From: the human T2T-CHM13v2.0 reference genome, Homo sapiens
DNA: 64,000 bases
Assembly: GCF_009914755.1 (NCBI RefSeq)
Contig: NC_060925.1
Direction: 5' to 3' (one strand)
Shown here: positions 27,501 to 41,418 of the stretch, in pieces
Layout: each line of letters starts with the position of its first letter
Numbering within the stretch: the first letter of the stretch is position 1
Notes under the pieces: generated by a model
Seen by the model: only the letters and a program-made list of their open reading frames with translations
Databases searched by the model: none
What the model was told of the DNA's origin: nothing
Program-made: the position numbers and the translations under genes

Positions 27501-29430
27501 CTTCTCGACTTAGACTTAAAAAGTGGTCACATAGATTAATTTTGTGACTTTTTAGTATAGACTGTAGCCATAATTCTCAAATATGAAATGGGACCTAATA
27601 CCAGTATGTGATAAATGTTGATGTTTTCTGTGTACAAACACATTTTCTATGCATGTGTCTCTGTGTATATGGCATATACCTAGTAAGTATGTTTCTGTAA
27701 GTATGTGTATTTTATGTCCATTTGAGTAGGTAGGTAGGTTTTAAAAATACTAGTTAAAATGCCACAAGCATGAGTGTGATTGTATGTGCACTGTGTGTAT
27801 ATATATAAATATATGTATATGTATGGTTGTAAATATCTATGTATACATGTACTTAGTATGTGTGGTATCAGGATATTTTTTAAACTGTGATAATACAACA
27901 GATAGCTTTGAATGATCTGCCATAACATGTGGTAACAATAGTTCATTTCTCATAACATATATGAGGTATACAAAATTTTCTAACTCCAGATTGTAGTCAT
28001 TTTGAGAGGTACAAAGCTCATAATTACCATGACAACATGGTAATGTCCATAGACATTTGTATCTGAATCCACAAGAAGATCTGAATCTAAGAAGGAATTA
28101 CCTTTGACAATATTTTTCGGTAAGAAGTAAAACCTCTGGAGACCTATCTTTAAGATCTCTAATTGGAATTATAAATTATTTTTGGATTGCTGAGCTGAAT
28201 CTTAAAAAGCCAAGTTGATATACATAGTCATTTTTCCTCTATGGTAGAAGTAAAAAAAAAAAAAAAGGACATAGCAACATTAAAGTAGTGGATTTTTCTG
28301 AGTAAATTTGCTGAAAATATAAGAGAGAAGCTATCTAATACCTTGGAGGTAGGTCATCCACTTTTTCAGGTAAACATTTTTCATTTGGCAAATGGCATAA
28401 TTATTTGAAAGTGACAGGAATCTCCTCAGAATGAAGAATAAAGCCTAATAGGTCTCTAACTGTTGAACTCATGAAAGAAGATAGTGTATGAGACTTAAGC
28501 CATGAGTTTTGTATCATTTCAATTAGAAGACTACTAGCTGTGAGCTCAGAGTTTAATGTAAATGAATCTAGATGATTTTGAAGAAATGATTATTCGTTCA
28601 CCAGATCACTCATTGTACATTCTAAAAAGCTCAAATGAGTCTTCTAGATACTCTTACTCATCCTGTCTGGTTGCTATGTTTAAAATTATGTGGTGCTGTG
28701 TAGGTGAAACTTTAAGAATATTTTTGAAGCATATGTAATATATGCACTGCTATTTGTGTGTGTGTGTGTGTCTTTGTATATATGTAAGAATGTGTGTATG
28801 TGTGAGAGCAAGAGAGAGGAAACTCAAAGAGGAGTGTTTGTCTTAAGACCTGTTCATACTGGTATATTGGTGAGACTTCTCACTTCTGGTTGGAGGTTTC
28901 ACATATGGCTCAACTCAAGTCATTAATCTCTTTTTAATTTTTACTCTTGAATTCCCTAAACTTCGCTCATTATGAAATGTTTTAAAATTATGACAAAAAT
29001 TACTCTGTCTAACCACTTGCCTTGTCTGCTACCAGTTTGTTAAAAATTATTCCCCCCAACCAGTAATTCCACCAGTACTACTTGATTTGTGTTATATTTC
29101 CTATGTACATGTACAGCCTTTGTTTTGCTTGCTTGTCTATTTTTACTTTCCCTTTTTTGGGTCAAATTTTTCTTTTGCTTTGTTTGAAGAAGGAATATAC
29201 AGAAGTAAAATCTTGTCTTCTCTGCTGATTCTTTAATTAATATGAGCCGGATACTTTCCACTGTCTTCTTGGCACTTTCAGGATTTCTTAATGCTGATAT
29301 ATGGACTCTTAGAATGGAATTTTTGAAGAAAAATCTCAAAGCCTGTATCGTTCTTGAAGGTCACATGTACCTATTGTGAAAATGTGAAGCTGTATTTCTG
29401 AAGCTGAAATAAATTATAACATTTGAAGGA
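24555..29430 (+). other. DNM3: Long DNM3 3'UTR (about 4.9 kb) with multiple polyA signals
   Basis: U-rich stretch with no recognisable Alu/L1 after the stop. AATAAA at 25101, 25220, 25250, 25570, 26699, 27179, 28437 and 29408. The last has upstream TGTA elements and a downstream U-rich tract. The end position is approximate. Confidence 0.75.
29408..29413 (+). terminator. Likely distal polyA signal of the long DNM3 3'UTR
   Basis: AATAAA preceded by several TGTA motifs and followed by U-rich sequence. The first Alu follows about 500 nt later. Confidence 0.65.
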
Positions 29431-29939
29431 CCCCTTTTCCTCATTCTTGTATATATTTGAGTCATGTCTATGCCTTTCAGTAATACCTGAGACTTCTAAA
29501 TATTTATAGCTCTTTTGATTAAATTGTCCCAGAGTTACCAAAGTAAAGAATGATAGCATTTTCCATTTCTGTCATTAATTTGGAGAAAGATGGGATTTTT
29601 AAAGGGAACAAATTGGATAAATCAAAGGCAGGAGAGTGGGAGACATTGTGTTTCTGATTTGATGTCATTATTGGAATCGATTGACGAACACAAACCTTAG
29701 CAGGAGGGTATGATGTGACAGTTACCAAGAAGCACCATGACAGTTTGCTGTTGAAAATGAAGCATTTATTTTAGAAATTCTGGGAAGTGGAAGGAGGAAA
29801 GATGGTGTGCCCAAATGTTAGGTCCACAGAAGGCATTTCTTATAGCAAATATTTTAGCTCCTGACCCAACAATTAGCCTCTGTTATTTGTTCACTGGGCA
29901 TAGACAGGACAATTTGCCCCTTTCAGTTTCCCCAGTTTT

Positions 29940-30239
<300 letters not shown>

Positions 30240-31382
30240 CAGTTTCCCCAGTTTTAAGAGAATGTATTCAGAAAATGAAAGAATGACACAACTTTGTCCT
30301 AATTTTGAGTTTCCAGAGAATAGAGGAAGACTCTCTATTACAAGAGTTTTGATGACAAGTCCCTTATCAATTGACATATTCCCAGATTGTGCCATCTAAA
30401 TGCAGAAGACAAGAAGGTGATAGGAGGAGAGAGATGTTGATTTATTTTCTTTCTGCGATCAGGGCATGCTCATTGTGAAAAGATGAACTGGACAGATTGT
30501 TGTGTGAATTTACTCTTTCCTGTGGGATTTCTTTTTCGTATCTATACATTTTCCATGAGTGGAACATCTGTACCTTCAAAGGAAGCTTCTTACTGGAAGA
30601 AAGATTCTGGATGCGAATCATGCTGTATACCTGTGTTCTGTTTGTTTGTTTTGTTTTAACTGCATGATTTTGAAGTATGTTAATCATATATTCAGAATAG
30701 TTTCTAAAGGTAATTTCCAAAAACAAAGAAACTTATTGTAACTATTTGGCAATTTTCCATTGGTGTTTTAAATAGCTCTGGCATTGGTGTAAACATATGC
30801 TCAATCTGTTTCCAAGATTTTTGTTTTTCTGATGGGACCTTTAAATTTCATATTGAGAAACGTGTTTAGTATTTGGTTTAGAGTGACCTCAAACTTTGCT
30901 TCCAAGCACTTCAACACACACCTGGCATAGCCACTTTTCAGACCTGTTACTAGTATTATTTTATATTATGGCAGCCTAATAATTAGAATACATACAAGAG
31001 ATATTGGCTAAAACTACAACCTTAATTCAAAATTTCTCAAAGTGCATTCCATGAAATCTTAATAAGTTTTACATACACATACACCAATGGTTTTTTGGCC
31101 AAATATGCTTGAGAAATAATGACTAAAAATCAAATGTTTCTTTATTGAAAGACTTCACAGAAACCTTAAAATCAGACTGCATTGTGAATCTCCAAGAGAT
31201 GAGTAATGTCTACATATTTCTCAGACTTATTTGACCATAGAACATCTCACAGATCTAGTGTCCTGAGGCACATGCCTTAGGAAACTGCTTCAGTGGCTTT
31301 AAGCCAAAGGAAAAGACATTGAGTGTGATTTCCTCAGTACAGACTCTCACTAACAAAAAGTTGGATGATAAAATCAAATGTA

Positions 31383-31837
<455 letters not shown>

Positions 31838-32195
31838 TCAACTAAGGGCAATTCATCTGGAGCTCTGGTACTTTGTCAAAGGAGTATCTGACTCTTAAGG
31901 AGGAAAGTCACATTGGAACAGGTAGCACAAAAGCAGTTTAGAGACATACATGCATTGAGTCTTAATGAGACTTATGAAGGATTCAGATAATTTTATACCT
32001 TACCTTTTCTCTCTGACTCTCCAAAAAAGGGATTCTTTAAATTACCTCCATGAGATTATTGTGAAGGAAGGCATCCAGGTTGATCTAAGATTAATCATCA
32101 GAGAAGAATGTTGAAGACTATTCCTATTGCCTTTCTTTCCTCCCTTTCCCAAGCCTTCAGGCTCACTCACTGCTCTGGGTTATTAACTTACCTAA

Positions 32196-32549
<354 letters not shown>

Positions 32550-34993
32550 TGAGATTTTAACAGAAAAGAAAAAAGCTATAAGGAAGACCTCCTCAGAGAT
32601 CTGGCCAGAGGAATGTCACCATAAGACCAAATTTCAGCGTTGACATAGAGCCAAAAGAATGAGGGTAATTCATCATTCTTGTTAATAATTGAGTCTTTTA
32701 TATATAAATTACACCCATGTTCCAGATACAGCTTTCCAATCTCCTTTACCTGATTTGGCCAAAACATGCTGCTTTGAAGTTATTTTTCAGAATGCTTAAG
32801 AAAATATAACCTGAAATTATAGTCTTGATTAGGTAAATTTGCTTATATGTTGAATACTAGGATGGTGAGCTTAAGAATTTGTTAGCAACTCAGTATTCCA
32901 ATTTAGTACTGCAACTTTCATATGGGAGTGGCAATTGTATGAGGTACCTTTGTAGCTCTACATGTAAAAAGCCCAAATATTTGCAGCACTTGCCTTTAAG
33001 CATTTCGGCACTGTGTAAGTCATATAAAAATTATGCAAAAGAAAGAGCAAAAACCCCAACTGCCCATATCCTTAAAAGAACTAATTTTGACCCAGTAAAT
33101 GGTATCATCAACAACAATGCTTTTTCAGCAATGACAGGAAGGGTAGATACAGTAAAGTGAAGATGAAAAGAAAAAGCTGTCTGAGGATATAAATGTCACC
33201 CTGATGTTTCAAGCAAACATTCTAGCTGTCAGTGGAATATATTCCAAGACATAAAGTTTCTGATCCTGTTTCTGGATCAGAACACCAAACTAGCTCAAAC
33301 AGGAAAGTGTTTTGGCATATGCTAACAGAATGTCGCTTCAGCACTGTGGACTTGCTGTTCAGTTTAATGGCCCACCTCCCCACCCTGCTGAGGTCATTAA
33401 AGTGTTCTAAAGCCCCTTCAGAACTCGAAAATAGTTTCTGTTTTCTGGGCAGGTGATAAATCTCATTGAGCTCGACAGAAATTTAATTACACTTTCTTCA
33501 TGAAAACACCAGGGATACCCATTACCTGGATCTCTAAAGCTAAAGCCTTGCAGACCCCCTAGCCCCTGCCCCGGCCCTGAAGTTGAAAGGTTAGGTACCA
33601 ATAACAAGTTCTCCATCATTTAAATGGATGGGAGGCCTCTTTAGTGTAGTCAGCTTAAACTGGACTGAAGGAAAATTGATTTTGGACTTTGGGGAAGCTA
33701 AGATCATTTTTTACCACTGCCCAGAAATACACCAGTCAGTTTGGCTCCACTAACATCTCATAGAAAATGAAAAAGAAGTTTTTCTGTTTTTGTTTTTGTT
33801 TTTTTTTTATAGACTTCATTGCTCCACTCACAAGCAAGAATAAGATGTGTAACAAGAATAAGATGGAAGTGAGCGTTGTTGAACACCTGGATAAGAAGTC
33901 AAAGAGAGTAGGGTCTTGAGATAATCTCACCATTCTACAGCTTCCTATAATGTTGAGTTCATTAATGGTTTGGTTAGAAAGGGGAAATTAAAGTGTAGAC
34001 TTCTGCCAAAAACCAGAGGGAAAGCTTTATTTGGCCTGCTGTTTTCCTACTTACAAAGCTGTTCATTGCAATGTAGGGTTTACTGTATTTTCTCTAGCTG
34101 CAAATCATCTCCCTGCTGAACACAAGAAAGGCTGATGTCAAATGAAGCACAACTTGGACCCTCATTTCATTATCCATAGGTCTGATGAAATGCAAGCCAG
34201 CCTAGGGAAATGGAGAAAGATCCAGCAGACCAGATTTCATTTACCTTGGGCCCACTTCAGAATAAATCAGAAATACAGTTATACCTAGCTCTTAGACAGA
34301 GGGAAATCCTAGAAAATCCTGGGGTTGCCATGGACCAGACCTTGCCTCCTAGTTTCCCTAGGCCTGAATCCAGGCTATTACACACCAGGACTACTCACCT
34401 GGAGCAAATTCTTATTTACAAATCCTTTTTTTCTGAGATCAACCTCTGGCATTCTCTGCATTGTGATTACATTGCTCATTTGATCTCTTGACACCTTCTA
34501 ATTTACCTCACTTAAAAAAAATTTAACCTGCCATTGGCTACATCAACTCCCTCTCCCCCTATGGAGATTTCACAACATTCATTGAAATCTTTGGAAATAA
34601 CTGAGTTTCACAAAATCAGGGTTGAAAATCAAATATACAAGTTATAAAGGTATTTGGCTCGGGGACTAGTCCCAGTTCTCCTGAATAAGAGTGCATGGAT
34701 TTATCATTCCATGGTGCAAAATAAGAAGCTTTTTGAGTGAGCTCAAATGGCTCATACCTAGAACATTGCTAGTAGCCAGGAAAAGTCCTGGGAACTGCTA
34801 ACTTAGCTATGTGATGTCCCTTCATTTCCTTTGCATGTCTGCATGTTTTTGTGTGTGATTTGAATTTGACTTTTGTGAGCTATTTTTGCATGCTATTATT
34901 TGGGTTTATTTTATAATTTAAACATTGTTTTCTTCCTCTGCATCTGTGTCTTTCTTTTTGTTATTTTGTTTTGTTTTGTTTTGTTTTTACTAG

Positions 34994-35030
34994 GCGACCC
35001 CCTCCTGCAGTTCCAGGACGACCATCCTAA
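34994..35030 (+). CDS. DNM3: Alternative distal dynamin-3 last exon encoding (R)RPPPAVPGRPS*
   Basis: Very long U-rich tract ending ttttactag|GCGACCC. Phase 2 and in frame. The proline-rich peptide parallels the canonical RRPPP tail. TAA at 35028-35030. Confidence 0.8.
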
Positions 35031-35149
35031 CCCCCATCATTCATCTCCTTTTGTTTCCAACAACATGTCTATCCATGGTATTTAAAAGCTTTTCATTTGC
35101 ACTATATGTCGTATGTACATAAAAACTTTTATTTTTCATCCATGTGTAT

Positions 35150-35155
35150 AATAAA
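35150..35155 (+). terminator. PolyA signal of the distal DNM3 last exon
   Basis: AATAAA with upstream TGTA motifs (35114, 35145) and a downstream GU/U-rich element (gtgtgttctgtttctttttt, about 35184-35204). Confidence 0.75.
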
Positions 35156-37348
35156 AACAAAGTTTATTCTATATAAAAATGAAGTGTGTTCTGTTTCTTT
35201 TTTTAAAGAAGACCTAAATTTAAAAAAGAATTTGTTTCAACTAAAACAAGGTAAGGTGAATATATTATGTGTTCCTCTAAGAAGCTTAATTCAAAAGTTC
35301 TTAAAGCATTGTGATTTAAGACGGTCTTTGGTAGAGACTAATAATCTACCTTCAAGTGAAATTTCTGTCCAATAGAAGAATAAAAAGAAAAAGAAAATTT
35401 ATGGATGTCTAGAAAAAACACAGAAGACTAAATAATTCCAATCCACCTCCAGGAATCCCATTTTTACTTATTATTGCACCAAAATATTTTTTCCTATTAT
35501 TGTTTTTCTAAACACTCTTAAGGGAGATAAAATGTAAGATCATAGAAGAAACTGTAGAGCAAAAACACATAAACCTCATAAATTCTATATGGCAAATGTA
35601 AGGGCGAAAAACCACATCATTCAGAATAAAAGTACAAGGCAAGGAAATGTTGCCACCTTGAGAAGAAAGACTCTTCATGATGTCAGTAAAGCACTAGAAA
35701 AATGGAGTCCATATAAGTTTGAAGGAATAGAGAACTTTTTATTCCTCTATCCTCAAATGGTAATTCTAACACTAAAATTTTAATCTATAATTTTTTAACA
35801 AGCATCCCAAAGATGTATCCAAATAAAATGTTTATTATTTAGGTAATATAGTACATTCCACCAAATATGTGATCTGAAGCCTTCCCAAAGGTTTAAGATT
35901 TAATTCAGAATTTTATTTTTTGAAAATTTATGTGGCCTAAAATAGAACTTGAAAGTAGTCCTTCTCAAATGAGATCACTTCTGAATGTGCTCCCCTTCAG
36001 CATATTAAGATGATAGAAAACTACATGACAAGAGAGTCAAAAAAATCATTCATCAGTTCTATTTACTTCACATCTGACCTAGGCAAGCCCTGGCAAAGGA
36101 GGTATTTGGAAGATGTGGGCAGGAACCCCCAGTTGTAAAAGGGAGAGTCCTCATTAGTAATGCTGTTTCTTCGGACCACAAATTTTTTTAAGGACTGAGT
36201 TCTCCACTCAAAAATGAAAAATCAGTTTCTTGGTTTAAAATGTTCATATGGCATGTTACATTATTTTAATTGTATCCCCGGTCCAGTGACTACCATTTAA
36301 AATCAGTGATAACTAAGAAAGTTCAAAGGCTCCAAACCAAGGCATCAACTTAAGCTCATGTATAGCAGGAAGGAGGTGACTTGATGTAAAATAGCACATA
36401 GCATGCAGTCTTTTGTCCTTTCCTTCCCCTCCAGTCCAGGCATTTGATTTTTAAATCAATATTCTTAGTGGATAGCATTCTTCATCCCAATAGACAAAAA
36501 TGTACCTAGATGATTTCATACCACCTCCCCAAATGAAAACCGAAGTTGTCAAAGAGAAGGTTTTCTTCAATTCATTTTTTAAAAGTGTTTGGTACTTTTC
36601 CACTTTGTCTTAAACATGGACTTATTTTTATATGCAGTGTTACACAGTTTAGATGTATAAAACTTAAATTGACCTGATGAATGATGAGAAGGAAAAACTC
36701 CAGTCATAACAGAATGAAATGACAACCTTACTCAGTTTTCCTTAACAAAGAAGTGTGTTCCCTTCCTTACATTCTATAGGCAAGAAAAAAGAGGGCAGGG
36801 GAAAGGGATGGGGGGCAGCCTGGAGTAAAATTAAATTATGCTAAGATTTGTTAATATGTATTTAGTAAATAGTATTTCTATGTTTCATAATATACCTTTC
36901 CCCAACTCTTCTTACCTCCACCTCCACCCTGCTATGTTTAATAGACTTGAAAAATTACTCCCTTTTTCAGAGTTGATCATAACTCAGGATAGTCAGGAAG
37001 AGCCAAACTATTATGCCTTTAGTAAACATAATATTCCTTATATATTTTCATTCCTTTATTTATGCATCAAACATTTCTTGAATTCATGATAATGTCCTGG
37101 ACCCTGGGAATACCAGAGAAGTAACAGAATAAAAGTAGCTTACAAAATAGCTAAATAAGCAATTACAATGTAGTGCTACAATAAGAGAAAAGTTTGGTTG
37201 TCTTTCCAGGGAGAACTGTTCTGACTTCAGTACTGAAGCAGCTATCTGAGTTTTAGTATACTGTTATCAACTTTACCCAACACATGCTAATGTTCCAGAA
37301 CATTGTGATTTTGACTTCTAACAAAGAAAGGAATACTAGAACTCATTT

Positions 37349-37360
37349 CAGCCAATCAGA
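37349..37360 (+). promoter_or_regulatory. CCAAT (NF-Y) box upstream of C1orf105 exon 1
   Basis: cagCCAATcaga is a full NF-Y consensus, about 240 nt upstream of the ATG. Confidence 0.5.
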
Positions 37361-37598
37361 AACTGAGCTTTTCATTCTGAATGGAATTATATGATTCAAG
37401 ATGTAAATCACACAGATGTTGGTAGAGAAAAAGGCATACTGGTATTGAAACTGTAAACTGGCCTGTTTACTTCGTCTCCTAACAAAAAACACTTTGGATT
37501 CAGGTTCTCCACAGCAGTCTTCCACTGGCCACAGTGAGGGGAGCTAGGTTTCCCCAGTCTCCAGCTAGAAAAACTCAGAACATCTAAAGATCTGAAAG

Positions 37599-37619
37599 AT
37601 GGAAAAAAGAGAACTAAAG
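37599..37619 (+). CDS. C1orf105: C1orf105 exon 1 coding part (MEKRELK)
   Basis: aagATGG strong Kozak context, AAG|gtagga donor, phase 0. Joins exon 61767 to give [36 protein letters not shown], which I recognise as the C1orf105 N-terminus. Confidence 0.85.
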
Positions 37620-38161
37620 GTAGGAAAAAAATAAATGAAACTTCCAATTCTTTCCTTATGGGGTTACCCTGGTAAATGTTTGTATGCCTTGGAGGCCACA
37701 TAAACATTGAGGGGTGTTTCAACAGACATCCTAGAAGTTGAAAGCCAAAAGAAGGTAAGGAAATAACAGCTGATGTTCAGTTACAGGTGAAGATAATTTT
37801 AATGGGTTTGGGGCATGATAAATTTCAATGCTCTTTATCGTATAGTTTGGAAAAAATGTTGTACTTGCCAACATCTTTTATAACTCAGCATTTAAGTATG
37901 ATTTTTTTAAATCCTCAGAAAATTGATACCAGATTCTTTAGTGCAGTTCCCTGAGATTCTGAAGTAAACCTTCTCAACTGTGAATGCACTTTAAAACAAT
38001 GAATCTCAGTCACAGGAAGTTAAGATTGCTGAGAAAGAAAAAAAAACTTGTATAGACTTTTATAATTACTAGGGTCTAAATCTGAATAAATCACATTGAG
38101 CTTATGACACTGTATGTTTCCTATTTAAAGGGATATACTAGCTGTCTCTATTACCATAGTA

Positions 38162-38286
38162 CAGGTGCTCCTTGACTTATGATAGGGTTACATCTCAATA
38201 AACCACCACAAGTTGAAAATATTTTAAGTCAAAAATGCATGCAATACCCTGATGAACCCATGATAAAGTAAAAAAATCCTAAGTTG
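38162..38286. mobile_element. MER47-type Tigger MITE, left part (right part 40644-40684)
   Basis: TA+caggtgctccttgacttatgat... pairs as a TIR with ...ccattgtatgtcagggaccatct, on the far side of the L1. Confidence 0.7.
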
Positions 38287-40643
38287 GGGAGGACGCAGAG
38301 CAAGATGGCCAAACAGAAGCCTTCACTGATTGTTCTCCATGCACGAACATCAAATTTAACAACTATCTACACAAAAAAGCACCTTCATAAGAACCAAAAA
38401 TCAGTGATCACAAAGTGATCACAGTACCTGGTTTTAACTTCGTATTGTTGAAAGAAGCACTGAGGAAGGTAAGAAAGACAATCTTGAATTGCTGACACCA
38501 CCCCTCCCCCATCCCCTGGCAGCAGCCACATAGTGTGGAGAGAGAATCTGTGCACTTGGAGGGAGGGCACAGCGATTGTGGGACTCTAGAATTCAGTGCT
38601 GCCAATACGGGGCAGAACTTAGCTGTTGCCAATGGAGGGACCATTTAGACCACCCTTAGCCAGAGGAGAATTGCCCATCCCAGGTTTCAGAAACTGAGTT
38701 TTGACTACCTCCACCACCATGGGCTAAAGTGCTCTGAGGTCCTAAATAAACTTGAAAGCCTGTCTGGGCCACAACAACTGCAATACCCAGGCAAGTCCTA
38801 GTGCTGTGCTGGGCTCTGAGCCAGTGGACTGGGGAGCGCACGATCTAGTAAGACACCAGCCAGGATGGCTAAGTAAGTGCTTACAGCACCCCTCCCCCAA
38901 CCCCAGGCAACACAGCTTATGGCTCCAAAAGGGACTCCTTCCTTTGCTTGAGGAGAGAAGAGGGAAGAGTGAAAAGGACTTTGTCTTGCAACTTGGATAC
39001 CAGTTCAGCCAGAGTAGGATAGGGTACTGGGCAAAATCCTGAGGCACTCATTGCAGGCCCTAGCTCTTGGATGACATTTCTAGATATACCCTGGGCCAAA
39101 AGGGAACTGCCTTGAAGGGAAGGACCCAGTCTTGGCAGATTTCATCACATGCTGAATAAAGAGCCTTTGGACCCTGAAAAATCAGTAGCAGTAGCCAAGT
39201 ACTACATACCGTGGGCCTCAGCTGAAACTCCGAAATGCACTGGCTTCAGATGTGACCCAGCACATTCACAGGTCTGGTGGCTACGAGGAGAGACCACTTC
39301 TGCTTGAGAAGAACAGAGGGAAGAATAAAGGGGACTCCGTCTTGAGCTTAGGTACCAGCTTAGCCACAGTGGGAAAGAGCACCAAGCCAGCTCTTTGGGT
39401 CCCTGATTCCAGTCCTTGGCTCTTGGATGGCATCTCTGGACCTATTCTAGGCCAGAGAGGAGCCCACTGCCCTGAAGGTAAGTCACTTTCCTGGCAGCAT
39501 CCAACACATGCTGGCAGAAGAGCCCTTGGGCCTTAAGTGAACATTGGCAGTATCCCAGCAGTACTCCTCATGGGCCTGTGGTGGTGTTGGACATGAGAAG
39601 AAACTCCTTTGCCTGGGGAAGAGCAGGAAAGGGTGGGAAGGACTTCAGTGGTTCGGGTGCCAGGTCAGCCACAGTAGAATACAAAACCAGGTAGATTTCT
39701 AAAGTTTCCAACTCCAGGCCCTGACTCCCAGACAGCGTCTCTGGACTCACCCAGGGCCCAGGGGAACTTGATTCCCTGAAGGAAAGGACACAGCCTTGCT
39801 GGTTTTACCACCTGCTGATTGTAGCGCCCTAGAGCCTTGAGCGAACATAGATGGTAGCCACGTAATAGTTACAGTGGGCCTTGGGCAAGACCCAGTGCTA
39901 TGCTGGCTTCAGGTCTGACCCAGGGCAGTCCCAGTAGTGGTGGCCACAGGAGTGCTTATATCACCCCTCCCTTAGCTCCAGTCAACTCAGCACAGGAAGA
40001 GAGACTCTGTTTCTTTGGGAAAAAGTAAAGGAAGAGAACAAGAGTCTCTGCCTGGTAATCCAGAGAATTATTCTGGATATTATCTAGGACCACCAAGGTG
40101 GTACCTCTATGAGTCTGCAAGAGCCACAGCGTTACTGGGCTTGGGGTACCCCTTAATGCTGATATGGCTGCAGTGGCCAAAAACTTAGATCATAACACCC
40201 AAGTCCCTTCAAATACCTGGAAAACATTCCGAAGAAGGACAGGTACAAACAAGCCCAGACCAGACACTAACAAGCATCCACAAGCACAGGACCATCCAGG
40301 AAAACATGCCCTTACCAAACAAACTAAATAAGACATCAGTGACCAATACTGAAGAGACAGAGATAGTGACCTTTCAGACAAGGAATTCAAAATAGCTGTT
40401 TTGAGGAAATTCAAAAAAATTCAAGATAACACAGAGAGGGAGAATTCAGAATTCTATCAAATAAATTTAACAAAGAAATTGAAATAATTAAAAAGAATCA
40501 AGCAGAAATTCTGGAGTTGAAAAATGCCATTGACATACTGAAGGATGCATCCATCAGAGGCTGTTAGCAGAATTGATCAAGCAGAAGAAAGAATTAGTGA
40601 GCTTGAAGCCAGGCTGTTTGAAAATATATAGAGGGGACAAAAG
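38287..40643 (+). mobile_element. Old L1 (L1M1/L1MA-type): 5'UTR and start of ORF1 only
   Basis: gggaggacgcagagcaagatggcc start. Diverged internal repeats of about 300-370 nt (about 38950, 39300, 39620). ORF1-like gaattcaaaatagctgttttgaggaa...gaagaaagaattagtgagcttgaag. Confidence 0.85.
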
Positions 40644-40995
40644 AATAATTCCAAGTTGAACCATTGTATGTCAGGGACCATCTTTATATATTTTTGTTAT
40701 TGTTTTTGATGCTACAAGTTACTATTGAATCTAAATACTGTCAACATATTAAGATCAGACTAGGTGGCAGGCTATTGGATGAGTCAACACTATAAACTCC
40801 TACTCCCATCCTCGGTTTTTAATCAAATCAAGTTTTATCATACATTATGTCACATCCCAATTTTCAGCCCCAGTTCACATCTTCAATGAACCTCATGAAC
40901 ATGAGCCATGGGTAGATAATAAAGAAAGCCTAAGCAAGCCGCAGAAGACCAAAGAGACTTAAGGATCTGCAAGGCAGTAACCAAGAAGTCACTAA

Positions 40996-41418
<423 letters not shown>

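Noticed and set aside
38900-39900. Spaced diverged repeats resembling an array
   Set aside because: Internal repeats of the old L1 5'UTR. Not CRISPR, since the DNA is eukaryotic and has no repeat-spacer pattern.
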